DNA from: Zygnema circumcarinatum SAG 698-1b
Taxonomy: Eukaryota; Plantae; Zygnematophyceae
Assembly (NCBI GenBank): GCA_037447605.1
Contig: CM074811.1
Location: 1,674,001 to 1,738,000 of the forward strand
Length of the DNA: 64,000 bases
Direction: 5' to 3'
Part shown: piece by piece, positions 45,742 through 57,470 of the stretch
Layout of the letters: each line of letters begins with the position of its first letter
Numbering within the stretch: position 1 is the first letter of the stretch
Position numbers and translations under genes: made by a program
The notes under the pieces: generated by a model
The model's database searches: none
What the model was told of the DNA's origin: nothing
Seen by the model: only the letters and a program-made list of their open reading frames with translations

Positions 45742-48700
45742 ATGGGACGCTGGTCGTCTGTTTTCAAAGGTTCCGGTGAGAGTCCAAGGCTTGACGGCGA
45801 TGGGCGGGAGAGTGGTAAAGAGGCTCGGCGCTCTGCACTGGCGCCAGAAAACAGGATAAAGGTCTATCAGAGGCGAGAGGTGCCTCAAAGAAAACTAGTC
45901 GAGCATAAGGATGGTGGGAAAATGCGTGTTGACGACGTATATGGAGGTACTCCGGCTGTCGGACTTGCAAGGTAGTGAAGCCCCATTGAAAGTAAATGAG
46001 CGAGTCGTTTTCAGAGGGATGGTCACGTCAGCTGTATGATGCTCCTTTTTAATTAACTTTCCTAAAAATGTTTCAATCGATGGCTTCGAAGATTTCTTAA
46101 CGGAGAGCACCAGTCCTTATATAATTATTCGCATCAAATTTGACATTGGATACAATCTCATTCTTGCTTGAGGGATATAAACAGATAAGTTCAAGATAGC
46201 AATCTTTCGTGTGAAGCTCTCCTTTTATGATGGCCATGACTGTTCTTTCATTGAATTTTAGCCATTGATGCCAATATTGTGATTCCTGCAGACCAAGAGC
46301 AGGCCATAGGGACCTAGCACGGCCGAGCTGGATAGGGCGGTCTCTGTGCTTAAGGTATGGAGTTTTCTTTTTTTTCGCAATATCCTCGTAAAACAGTCTC
46401 TTTTCTTTTCTTCACCTCGATGACTTTACTGGAGTACTGAAATTGGATCCATTGTGAATTACAATGGTTGAGAAATTGGATGAAGCCCATACCAAGATGA
46501 TATAAATCTCCACGTGGAAGGGTTGCCCCCGAAATTGTGAGAAGCAATGTCAGCCGCTCAAAGACCTTTCAAGTCACTTTTCTTTTCTGTAGGGGAAGGC
46601 GTACTAGCCTTCTGCTCAGTGTTTTCAAGTTCAAATCGTCGTATGCCTTGGAGGACTCAGACAATGAGTGTGAGCCCTCATCAACTGGAGAGACTAGCAG
46701 CATACAACGACTTGACGACTCAAGTAGTCCTTCCAAGGTACATAGAGATTTACGAAAGCAAGTGCGGACACCAAGTTTAGTTAGCACTGCATGGAATAAG
46801 CAAAGCGAGAACCTTCAACCTCATTGGTGTCTTCGAAGTGAATTACATTCTACTGTAGTTTCATAGCTTTTAGCTTTTATCCAGATGATTCGTGTCGTCG
46901 TCTCTGGTCGTGAAGATTGTTGTTTTTGTCCCCTTCCCAACTAACATGCACATCTTTACTTCTCTCTAATCTCAGGTAAACAACTGTAGTCTGTGAAAAT
47001 TTGAAATTTGAGGTTTTAGAAATTCTTTCAAGGTATGTAAGTCTCATTTTTGCATGAATTATGCATGAACATACTTTGCAGAAAGAAAAATCGCATGAGA
47101 AACAAAAGCCTACACTACCAGTGGATTTTGTTTGCCAGCAGCGACAATTCTTCGCAGAGGTGGACTCTTTTCAGCTTGAGGAAGAAAGTCCGGCCCAAAA
47201 GACAGAGCGGCAATTCTTCTTGGAGGATGATTCCGTGGAGCTTAAAGAAGAACACCCGGTCCTCAAGATAGAGTACGATGAAGCCCTTTATGCATGTGAT
47301 CCTTTGGAGTATGGATTACACAAGCCTGCATGTACTATAGACCCTTGTGCAGTGGAATTGGAGTCTACTAGTGCAATGGAAGGAGACATGCCCCATACAT
47401 GCTCGAGGCCTGTGGTGAACTCTCCGTGGATAGCTAGGATTGTAGTGGAGTCCCCAGTCGGACAAGAACAGGGGCCACGCATATCTCAAGGTCACCTGCT
47501 GGGAGGTTCACGAACCATTGAAGAAAGCTCGTCTATAGCCAGCAAGACGGAGGGAGAGATGGTGAGCTACCAGGCAGACGATCAGCCTTACTCTAGAGAA
47601 CGGCGGAATCCTCTTCGGGAGCTAGTGACCAATATGGCTTTGCCCCAGCTTCAAAGCTTGACTCCAGCGTATTCTACCAGGACTTCTGAATCAAAAGTGG
47701 AGCCTATTGTCGGAAACACAAGGAATGACGACCAGCTTGACACATTCTCAAGGCGTTTGTTGGAGTCCCCCTGCACTGCTACGCTCTCAATAGAGTCCCC
47801 AGTCAGAGAAGAGAAGCAGGTATTTGTATCTCGAGGGAGCTCAAGTGGAGGCCAACATGGGGATGTGGAAATTGTTGAAGAGACCTTACGAGTAGACACT
47901 CCTGCAGGAGGGACGTTGGACTATCAGCCTAGCAGTCAGCCTCGTATTGGGGAACAGCAGGTGTTTCTTCAAGGGCTTTCCCCCAACGTGCCCTTGCCGC
48001 AGATTCCGAGCACTTTCTCCAAAGACTGCGAGGAGGAAATAGGGATCTCTAGTGGGAGTATAGGACTCGAGGAATTAACGCCTCAACCTCAAAAGGTCCC
48101 CTCCTCTTCCTCACTTGCATCGAGCTGCAAATCTCCTGTGGATAACGAGGAGGGTATTTCAGCAGCGGACAGTACTCCACGGGTGGAGCTCAACGATCCG
48201 GCCTCAGGAGATGCCTCAGGAGAACAGCGGAATCCTCTACCGGAGCTAGTTTCCAATACGGCTTTGCCCAAGCTTTACAGTGTGACTCCAGCGTATTCTA
48301 CCAGGACTTCTGAATCGAAAGTGGAGCCTATTGTCGGTAACACAAGGAATGACGACCAGCTTGACACATTCTCGAGGCGTTTGTTGGAGTCCCCCTGCAT
48401 CGCTACGCTCTCAATAGAGTCCCCAGTCAGAGAAGAGAAGCAGGTATTTGTATCTCGAGGGAGCTCAAGTGGAGGCCAAGAAGGGGATGTGGGAAATGTT
48501 GAAGAGACCTTACGTGTAGCCACTCCTGCAGGAAGGGTGTTGGACTATCAGCCTAGCAGTCAGCCTCATACTGGAGAACAACAGGTTTTTCTTCAGGAGC
48601 TTTCCCCCAACGTGCCCTTGCCGCAGATTCCGGGCACTTTCTCCAAATACTGCGAGGAGGAAGTAGAGATCTCCTGTGAGAATATAGGACTAGAGGAATT

Positions 48701-51700
48701 AACCCCTCAACCTCAAAAGGTCCTCTCATCTTCCTCACTTGCATCGAGCTGCAAATCTCCTGTGGGTAACGAGGAGGGCAATTCAGCAGCGGACATTACA
48801 CCAAGGGTGGATTTTAACGATCCGGCCGCAGAAGGTGCCATCAATGCTGGCCCATCTTCCTTAGAAAAGGTCTCAAATCAATCATCTCTTGGTAGAACTC
48901 CATGCATCGAATCAACACCTCGAAACGTGCCTTTGCCCCAGGGTCAGAGCATGTCGCCCGGGGCCTGCCTGGAGGAGATAGAGATCTCTAGGAGGATTTC
49001 AGAATTAGAGATCTCCAGGAAGATATCAGAACTTGAGAAATCAACGCCTCAAACTCAAAAGAATCTCTCACCTTCCTTACTTTCATCGAGCCATAAATCT
49101 TCCGTGGGGATGAAGCAAGGCAGTTTAGCAGCAAATGCTGCACCAAAGCTGGAGCTTTTGAATCCGGCGTCAGGAGAAGCCATCAATGTTGGCTATGTTT
49201 CCCCAAAGTTGGCCTCAAAGCTCTCTTCTTTTCGTAGAACTTCATGCATTATTCAAATAAAATCTACTCCGGGGAACAGAACAACCCAGCGTCGGAGCGT
49301 TTTGCCAGATATCGCCGAAGAGCACGAAAGGATTATCAGGCGAATTTCAGGACTCCGCTTATCCGTATCTCAAGAACAAACTGATCTTTTGTCTTCTTCA
49401 GGTTTGAGACACACATCTTCCGTGGTAAAGGAGGAAAATGCTTCAGCTGGGTTCACATCAATTTTGGAGCTTTTGGATCCGATTTCAGGAGAGGCTCTTG
49501 ATCTTGGTTACCTTTCTCCATCGACGGTTTCAAAGATCTCGTCAAACGGAAGAACTTCTGTTCTTGTTGAAAAACTATGTCCCACTCTCGACAATCTTCT
49601 ACTAGAATGCAAACAAGAGGCGCCGACAAGTCTTCAAGACGCAATTATGGAATTTTGGTGAGGTTTGCTCGTTTTCTAACTGACTTTAACTAACGGCAGA
49701 GGGGTAGATTATGCGGATGATTCACAAAATCCTGTCGTTTGCAATTTTTGGATCTAATTGTCAAATGGCAACATTTCTGTAGCTTTGCTTCCCTATAGCT
49801 CAAGTTTGCCTGTTAGCATGAGTCTTCTGCAAGCTGTACCTCTAAGGCTCCTTTCGAGAGCACACGTTACATACGTCGTTATACTGTGCCATTATTCATC
49901 TCCATTTTGCTTCATTGACTCTTGGCAGCGGCCACAATGAAATAGAAAAGCTTGGAGAAGGGACCTATGGCGAAGCATTTGGAGGAGGTGATTTATGTTT
50001 CAAGATTGTGCCCATGGACGGTGATTTTCTAGTCAATGGAGAAGTCCAAAAGGTGAATGATTCTTTACCTGCCATTAGATCTAGAGTGGTTGTAAGCGTT
50101 TCCTTTTCGGGCTTAGCGTGAATTATCCATGAGTAGTTCTCCACTGCACTCCTATTACAAGACAGTGACTATACTTATCTGATGTCAACTGGTACGTCGA
50201 ATGTGCTCATAGGTCATGCAAGAAGGAAGTTCAACCCTGCCTGTTATTCGGATGGGGTAACGATGATAATGTCACAGGGGTGAATAGGTGGTTGGGACAG
50301 CTGCAAGCAATTCTATTTCGAGAATTCACTCTTACTCGTTTTTTTTTTTTTTTTTTTGGGGTGGTCCATACACGTTGAGCCTTCTGTAGCTTTATTAGCA
50401 GTTTGCTAACTTGAGCTTCGGGGCCACCTCTGCTCAGCTAAATGGCCTCGCAGCACTAACTGGCCTACATGCCTATGGGTATGTTCCGTGTTTTCGTGTG
50501 GCCTGCAGAACATGGAGGAAATGTTGAATGAGGTGCTTGTGACCAAAGCCATTGCCAAGCTTCGAGAAGGGGGGTCTGCAAACATCTGCTCTAACTTTAT
50601 TGAAACGAAAGGGTAAGCCATTTCTTATACCCTCATAGCATGACTGAAAGTACTTAGTTGCCACCAAGTGCAAAACTGGTCGAGCTTTGCCCAGACAATC
50701 ATATACTCCAATCCTATGCTTCATCACAAGAGATTACGAAGAAGTATTGGCTTTCGAAGCAGAATCTGAGATGGGTTCAGAAGATGGGTCATGCCAATGA
50801 TTCAAAGGGCGTCGACTCGGCCAATCACGCATGATATAAATGAACCATTTTGAAAGTGAGGCATCCATGCATGAACAATATCTCTGCTTAAATACCTTCT
50901 GAAAGAGCTGACATTCTTTTGGCCGAACATCTGACCGGAAGTCTCCCTCTCTATGTCAGCTTGTGCATTATTCCTTTGAAAGACAAATCTTAAATGCTTG
51001 AAAGCATGACTGAATGAATTCATCTTTCCTTTCTGCATGCGTCCTTAACCTATTCCGCTCGTGAAAGTTATTAGTTGCTGCACAATGATCCGTATTGTTG
51101 AAGACTTCCGCACTCCCTGCAATCTTCAAAAACTTATTGCGTTTGTGTTGAGTCCACCTTGGAGTACCGAAAATGTTACTCTTCATTTGATTCACAGTGC
51201 ATACTTTAAAGAGTAAATTAAAAAAAATGAACGTATCTTTCAAACTTGCGCATGATGCAGAGTACGAATTTGCCGAGGACGGTATGAACCTTTCCTCGTC
51301 GAGGCTTGGGAGCAATGGGATTTGGAGAACAAATCAGAAAATGACCACCCTATGGTCTTTCCCGACAAGCAGGTACAACCAGGCTTAGACGCTTCCCCCA
51401 GATCACTAATCTGCTGAATACAGAATGCTGAATACTCAGTTATGTGTCAAAATCTGCGACAGAGGATGTCGCAGGGCATATTTCTTAATTGTAGAAACTC
51501 CTAATTTGTACATTCATGCACATTGTACAAAACATCGTCCATCGTCTGAGCTTACCTACGTTTTGTGCTAGTGTTCTTCTGATTAGTTGCATTGCTTTTT
51601 GAGACTTAAGCTGTACAATACGGTGCATATTAATATACCACGTCACTTGACCTGGTTGTGAGGAGTGTTTCGCTAATGAAATTCAAGCTTCATTTTTTGC

Positions 51701-54434
51701 AGCTCTACGTTGTGTTCGTTTTCTCAAATGGAGGAAGAGACTTGGAGCATTACGCACTTGGCAGTTACAAGGAGGTTCAGAGTCTCCTCCTGCAGGTAAA
51801 TTTTCTGCAGGCTGGGCGCTTAAGGCTGGACAGTCTTTACTTTCTCGTTCTTCTGATCTTATGTGCTCACTGCTCACACTCTCGAATATAGCTTTCGCTT
51901 GCTCTTCTGACAACTCAAGTTGCTGCGGACACATTGCTGGATCAAGATACGCTCATTGCATTGCTCACCATTCCGTTGATTTCATTGTCTAGCTATATCG
52001 AGTTTGTCTTTTCCAGAATGACATCCCTGCTAGAAGAATCTGGAATACCAAACTCACCTACTGCATAAGATGGCACGTGGATTATCGTAAGCAGAATTGC
52101 TCGCAGGGCCGCAAAATGTGGGTCCGAGGTACTTCATGCATTCCGAGTTCCATCTGTCAAGTTTAAACGGTTTTCATACAGCCCACCTCGGTCACACTTT
52201 AGGACCACCCGTTTCTCCGTTGCCGCATTATGGCAGGAAAACTCATTTCGTATAGAGTGTGAGGTTGCAACGTGCAGGTTGTTCTAGCGTTGGCAACAGC
52301 CGAGAATGCGTGCGGCTTTGAGCACAGAGATCTCCATTGGTACGTTTTTGAAACTGTCCAAAATGCACCAGCTCCTCTCCTGGGGATGTTTCTTGCTTCC
52401 AAGATTTAAAAGATTTCGTAACGCAGACAGACAGACATGCAGGTCTAGGTAGTGCTGTCATCGTAGCATTGATACACATACACACATCAAAAGTGCGAAA
52501 TTGTGAAAGCTGTTTATTGGATTGCCCGGTAATTGAGTGCTGCAGAAGAAAGGTCATCTTAAATGATCGAGGCAGAACAAGCAGGATCTGCAGAAGAGTA
52601 AGTACGGCCTAATGGCTAGAACCTAATGGCTTTGTTTGTGCTGTTGTTGTGCAGGGGGAATGTCTTGATCGCCCAGACTGAGGATGATGTGCAGGCATGC
52701 CGCCTGAATGGGAGGGACCTCAATGTGCGCACATTTGGCATCAACGTCAACATAATTGACTTCACACTTTCTCGCCTACAGAATGGTATGCAGATTCTTA
52801 ACATGAGTGGATTCATCAAAACAATGTTTGGTGCAGGTTTCCTTCCCTGATACAGTCACTGGAACCTGCACAAAGATGATGACTTTCCCGGGATAATCAG
52901 TTTGGGTTCAGACCGCATCATGCAGCCTTAGTTGCGTTTTTTTCCAACTCTGGCATCGTTCTCGGCTTCCCCCCTTAAAGCTGCACCTTTCCTTGGCTTT
53001 TGCGGACTGTCATGCAGGCGGGCATGTGCTCTTCAATGACTTGTCTTTAGATCCGGAGATTTTCAAAGGACCAGCACGCCATGTGCAGGTAAAGCAGGTT
53101 TACTTTTGCCGTCCTAAGCAAGCGTTGCTGCTATAATGATTGCCTGAAAAGCTAATCACTAGCTGCGGTTAGTCTGATTTGCTTTCATTTAGGCATAATC
53201 ATATCATCGATGATAGTTCCCATATATTTCTGTTAGTGAACGCAGGAAAAATTGCTCGTTTCTTTTTGTGAGAGCTGCCTAACGACGGCACACATATACA
53301 TGAACCTTGACTTTGACAAGCATATCAGAGGTTTAACCATTACAGGGTTGGCAGAGAATGCTCAAATCGCTGACTTTTGCTGGTGACTTCAATGTTCAAG
53401 ACTAAACCGGTAAAGAACATAGAGTTTAACTCCATTGAAAACTAGCAAAGTTGTTATAGAGCAGAAAAGCTATTGACATTTCACCAACTGTGCAGTTTGA
53501 AACATATCGGAGAATGCGCACAGTAACTGGAGGAGCCTGGGAACAGAGGTGAGACCGCATCCTCTCTAGCCATGCTTCAGCATCGGGTTTGCATCTCAGC
53601 GGTGGGATTGATGCCCCAAACTTCATTACTTTGACTGAGTTTGAAGTGCTCACCTGGAGAACATACATGTAGTAAGCCTATGCAAGGTGTAGTGTAAGCC
53701 TAACCCAGGCTAGGCAGAAGTATCTTTCATATGCATGTAGAGAGGTAAGGAAGGTGAATCGAAGGTGCGACTAGGTCTTGCTGACTATCCAGACTCATGC
53801 TTGTCAGGCAGGCTAATTATACTGGTGCCTGGGGTGCAGCTTTCCAAAAACAAACACGTTGTGGATTCACTACTTGGCCGACATTCTTCTTAATTCGAAA
53901 ACATATGTAAGCGGTAGCCCGATCCCTAAACTCTGCTAATGAGTATTGGAGACCAAAACCTGATAAACCGACTGTATTGTTGTATAGCAATCCCTTGCAG
54001 CCACTAAATTTTCAAGGTGCTTCAAGATGCTTTGCATCTAAATTCTCAAGTCGGGTTCTTTCTGAAGAGAAAGGCTCAGAATCTGATGGTTGGCAAGAGA
54101 CACCCACCAATCAAAGATAAGGAAAGAGAAGTTCCCAATGTGACTGTCAAGTAGTGCCAGTCTGGATCTGTTCCACGTGTTTCTGTAGAAGTTGATCTTT
54201 CAAGGACCAGCAAGGAGATTGAGACCGGTTAATCCAGCCTGCGTCCTTTACTACTCGCACATGGATGATGTGCTGCTGACCGAGGGAGGACTCTCCTGCT
54301 TTGTGTGGCAGCCTTGCACTAAGGCCGAAAAGCATCAGCTGAGGGCTTTCCGCAAGCAGGCGCTGAAATATGACTCGGCAACAGCAACCGTGGAAGACGA
54401 ATTCTTTGCCAATCTGATGGTGAGAGAACCATAG
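45742..54434 (+). CDS. HASPIN: Haspin histone H3-Thr3 kinase
   Basis: N-terminal SW.GRSL..RGRRTS and QQRQFFAEVDSFQLEEESP motifs. Kinase: IEKLGEGTYGEAF, FKIVPMDGDFLVNGEVQK, EAWEQWDLENKSENDHP, FEHRDLHWGNVLI, IIDFTLSRL, FETYRRM, TNTLWIHYLADILL. Stop TAG at 54432-54434. Confidence 0.93.
47596..48851 (+). repeat. Tandem 624-bp (208-aa) in-frame duplication within the large haspin exon
   Basis: CGGAATCCTCT...TATTCTACCAGGACTTCTGAATC starts at 47604 and again at 48228. Peptide repeat RNPL.ELV.N.ALP...TPAYSTRTSESKVEPIVGNTRNDDQLDTFSRRLLESPC. Confidence 0.95.
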
Positions 54435-55340
54435 TGAATGCCAACCTTTTGGCTCGGCTCACTACTCTGCCCACCTTTTCAAGTGGAACAAATCGAGTGT
54501 AAGATATTTAGGATGAATGATATCATTCAGTCTACTCTTTTACTAAATCCACGTTGCTCACTTTTGTAGATAAAGAGAGTGTCGCATAAAGTGACCAATT
54601 AAATCTACCAGAGGAGGTCACCTGAGTGATTACATTGAGTACATAGGAGCTCTATACTGTTAGAGTTTCAGATATTCACAAATCACAAGACCTGATTCTT
54701 GGAGGAAAATACAAGTGCACATTTCAGCAGCGCGTCCATCAATCCAAAATGAAACGAGTCTGTAATTTTATTTCCAATTTCTGAAAATCTAATTTCAATT
54801 CCATTTTCTGAACATCTATGGATCAATCCTCGTTTGTTTGTCAACTTTCTACATGTTACATTGCTTCTTGACTGAATATTAAAGGGAGACACAATAAAAG
54901 GGCCCAAACACCTAATCACAAAGAAGCATTATCGATAAACATGATCTACATCCGCCCACAAACAGGTATCAGCAGCTGTTGGCATTACCTTTCAGATGCT
55001 GAATGTCAACAGACAGCGACTTAAGCCAAGGTACAACACAATAAATATGGAAAGTGTTTGGAAGTGGCTGCGGGCCATTCTGCCTATAATACATACTACA
55101 GCAGACAGGTCCAATCTTTACTTAGATGAATCATTCACAATATATCCTACGCTCTCAAGAATGAAATTAGAAGGGATGTTGCAGCGGGCTACGACAACGT
55201 GCCTGCTTTTATTCCTCGTTACTTATTTGACAATTCAATAAGTCACATCGCTTGCGGGCGATGATGCACATTATGCAGTAATTTACTGGCGTGTACATCG
55301 GTCGCCTGTGACTTCGTCACCCTCACGGTCGCCATGAGCC

Positions 55341-57317
55341 TCAAATGCCCTTATTGTATGTGACTCGCTTTACGGGGCGCCCTTGGCTGTCCACGAGATG
55401 GTGCAAGTGCGGCTCTAGAGAGGTGACATCCGACTCCGCTTGCTGCTTGAACATTCCAAAAAAGACCGGCACACACACCTGGATGCTCACTCCTACGAGG
55501 CCCATCAGTGCCGGGGTCTTCAGCCACGGCCGCCTCATGAACAGCTCACTGCGGTCAAACCTGCAGCCCGCATGCCACAGAACAATCAGGAACAAGCACA
55601 AAAACAATATATAGACCAATGAGTGTGTTAATGTCAGATCATCACTGCCCACAGAGCAGGAACCTGACACCCTCCCTGATTCCAACTGCCGACAGCATCG
55701 ACTTGGTTATCTCTGGACTACACGTCCCAGTACCTGCATGAGCTTTGGAACAACTACAGGACCTCGAACGTACGCAAAGGGGAGCAATTTGAGGTTCATA
55801 TTTTTGTTCATTTTCATGAATTATTTTGACGGTACCCTAATTCCGAAGTAAAGTGCAGCAGCTCAGCACGTATACAACTCATTCACATGCAACTTCCCAG
55901 TCCCTGCACTAGGACATCCCCCGGACATCATCTCTCCTCAGCCCACCTGTGCATGATAAGTGGTGGCAGGATCAAAATGGGGGCTGCAGCAGCAATTCTC
56001 CCTCCAATGCACGCTCCGACCGCCCATGATCCCGCTATTCGGCTTTTGCCCAGCTCCTCCCCACCAGGACCGAAAACATTCACTCCCTCCAAAAATTCAT
56101 TCTTGCGCATAATCCCGAGGTTTAGCACATCAGCTGCGGCCACCGCACAGAAAGGGATCAAGCGCCGTGCAAATGGAGCCCTGCGATCCATTATCATCTG
56201 GCATGAGGGCACAGAAGCAGTCATATGAGAGGACCGCTAGGTTCCTGTAAGACAGCAAAGGAGGCACCAGGCTCAAAGGACCATGGTTGCAGCCAGTTTC
56301 ACAAGATTTATAGATCAAAATTTGTCTTTGATTTTCAATTTTGTATTGGCTAAATCATTTTCAAGCATTCCTTTCGAGAGAAGGTTCGATGCATAATCTC
56401 TCAAGGGTCCAAGGGTCCAAGGGCCAAGCGGGCCTACAATTTACTGCCAGCTTGCACCCTGTCAATGACTGCATTGAGGCCCACAGCAACTCCCACAGAA
56501 CCAGCTGTTGCTCCCAAGTAGGCTTGGACGATTTGAGAGGTGCTTTCTGCGTTGGAGGCATTGCGGTTGGCATAATAGTGGAGGGAGTTGTATGTCTGCA
56601 CTCAGGCCATGACCTCAATAAGGGGGACAGTCGAGCAGCTGCATCCAGCACTTCATTTTTAAAACGCTCGAGCTACTTAAAACCAATCAGTTTAGTGCAC
56701 ATCCCTTGCAGATAGGGAATTGACGAACCTGGTTGAGCCATTGAGCACCAACGTTCTGCAGAGTGCCTCGAGCGGACAGCATCAAAGTGTCGAGAACGAG
56801 GTTGCAAGGAACAATAAAAGAAAGCCGAAGGGGTAGGAAGATCTTTTCTCCGGTGTCTGCTAGTTCATTCCAGCCCTAAAAATCAAAACCATTCTCGAAC
56901 TAATTTCCAGCAATTGCAGTCTGTCTCTCTTCCTTTGATCTACGGACGAACAAGAAACGAACGCAAGAGGTTCTCATTCCTTCAAGAATTGTGCCTCCTC
57001 CTCTATTTACATTAAAATACTTGCAAATATTGAGCGATGTGGGAATTACAAATAATAAAAGTTGTGCAAATATCAGAACAAGGGCTGCAGCAATCACCAG
57101 GATGCAGCGCAGCGTCAGTGAGGCGGCGCGCAGCGTCGAGCTCTGCAGGCGAGATCGCGCTCTCCCCCTCCCGGGCGGCCCGCAGAGTCTCCACAGCCCT
57201 CTGCAGCTGCGCGTCAGAGGCCAGCGCTGTGCGGGGGTCCATCATGCGCGCTATGCGCTTCACCCTCGCCCAATATGTGTCCTCCTCCTCGCCTCCCTCC
57301 TCCGCCATGGCTCCCAT
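55341..57317 (-). CDS. SFXN: Sideroflexin (mitochondrial inner-membrane carrier, SFXN/Fsf1 family)
   Basis: DTYWARVKRIARMMDPR...AALHP, TYNSLHNYANRNAS, RRLIPFCAVAAADVLNLGIMR.NEF.EGV, GKSRIAG..AV, and C-terminal VTYNKGI*. Confidence 0.92.
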
Positions 57318-57470
57318 CCCTCGCCTACCTCGTGCTCAACCCCCCTGGCCGCGGGCGCCTCTTTTTACGGCGGGCCGTTTGAAAAACTTTTGAGTTTCCG
57401 GCGCGGTACTTGAGGGGAGAGAGCGGAGAAAGAGAGGGAGAAGGGAGGAAGGGACGGAGGGAGGGCAGTC

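Larger units (their letters stand above)
43902..45917 (+). repeat. 2.0-kb direct duplication, copy 2 (right of N gap)
   Basis: Offset of 2024, then 2026, bp from copy 1. Continues into the haspin first exon. Confidence 0.95.
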
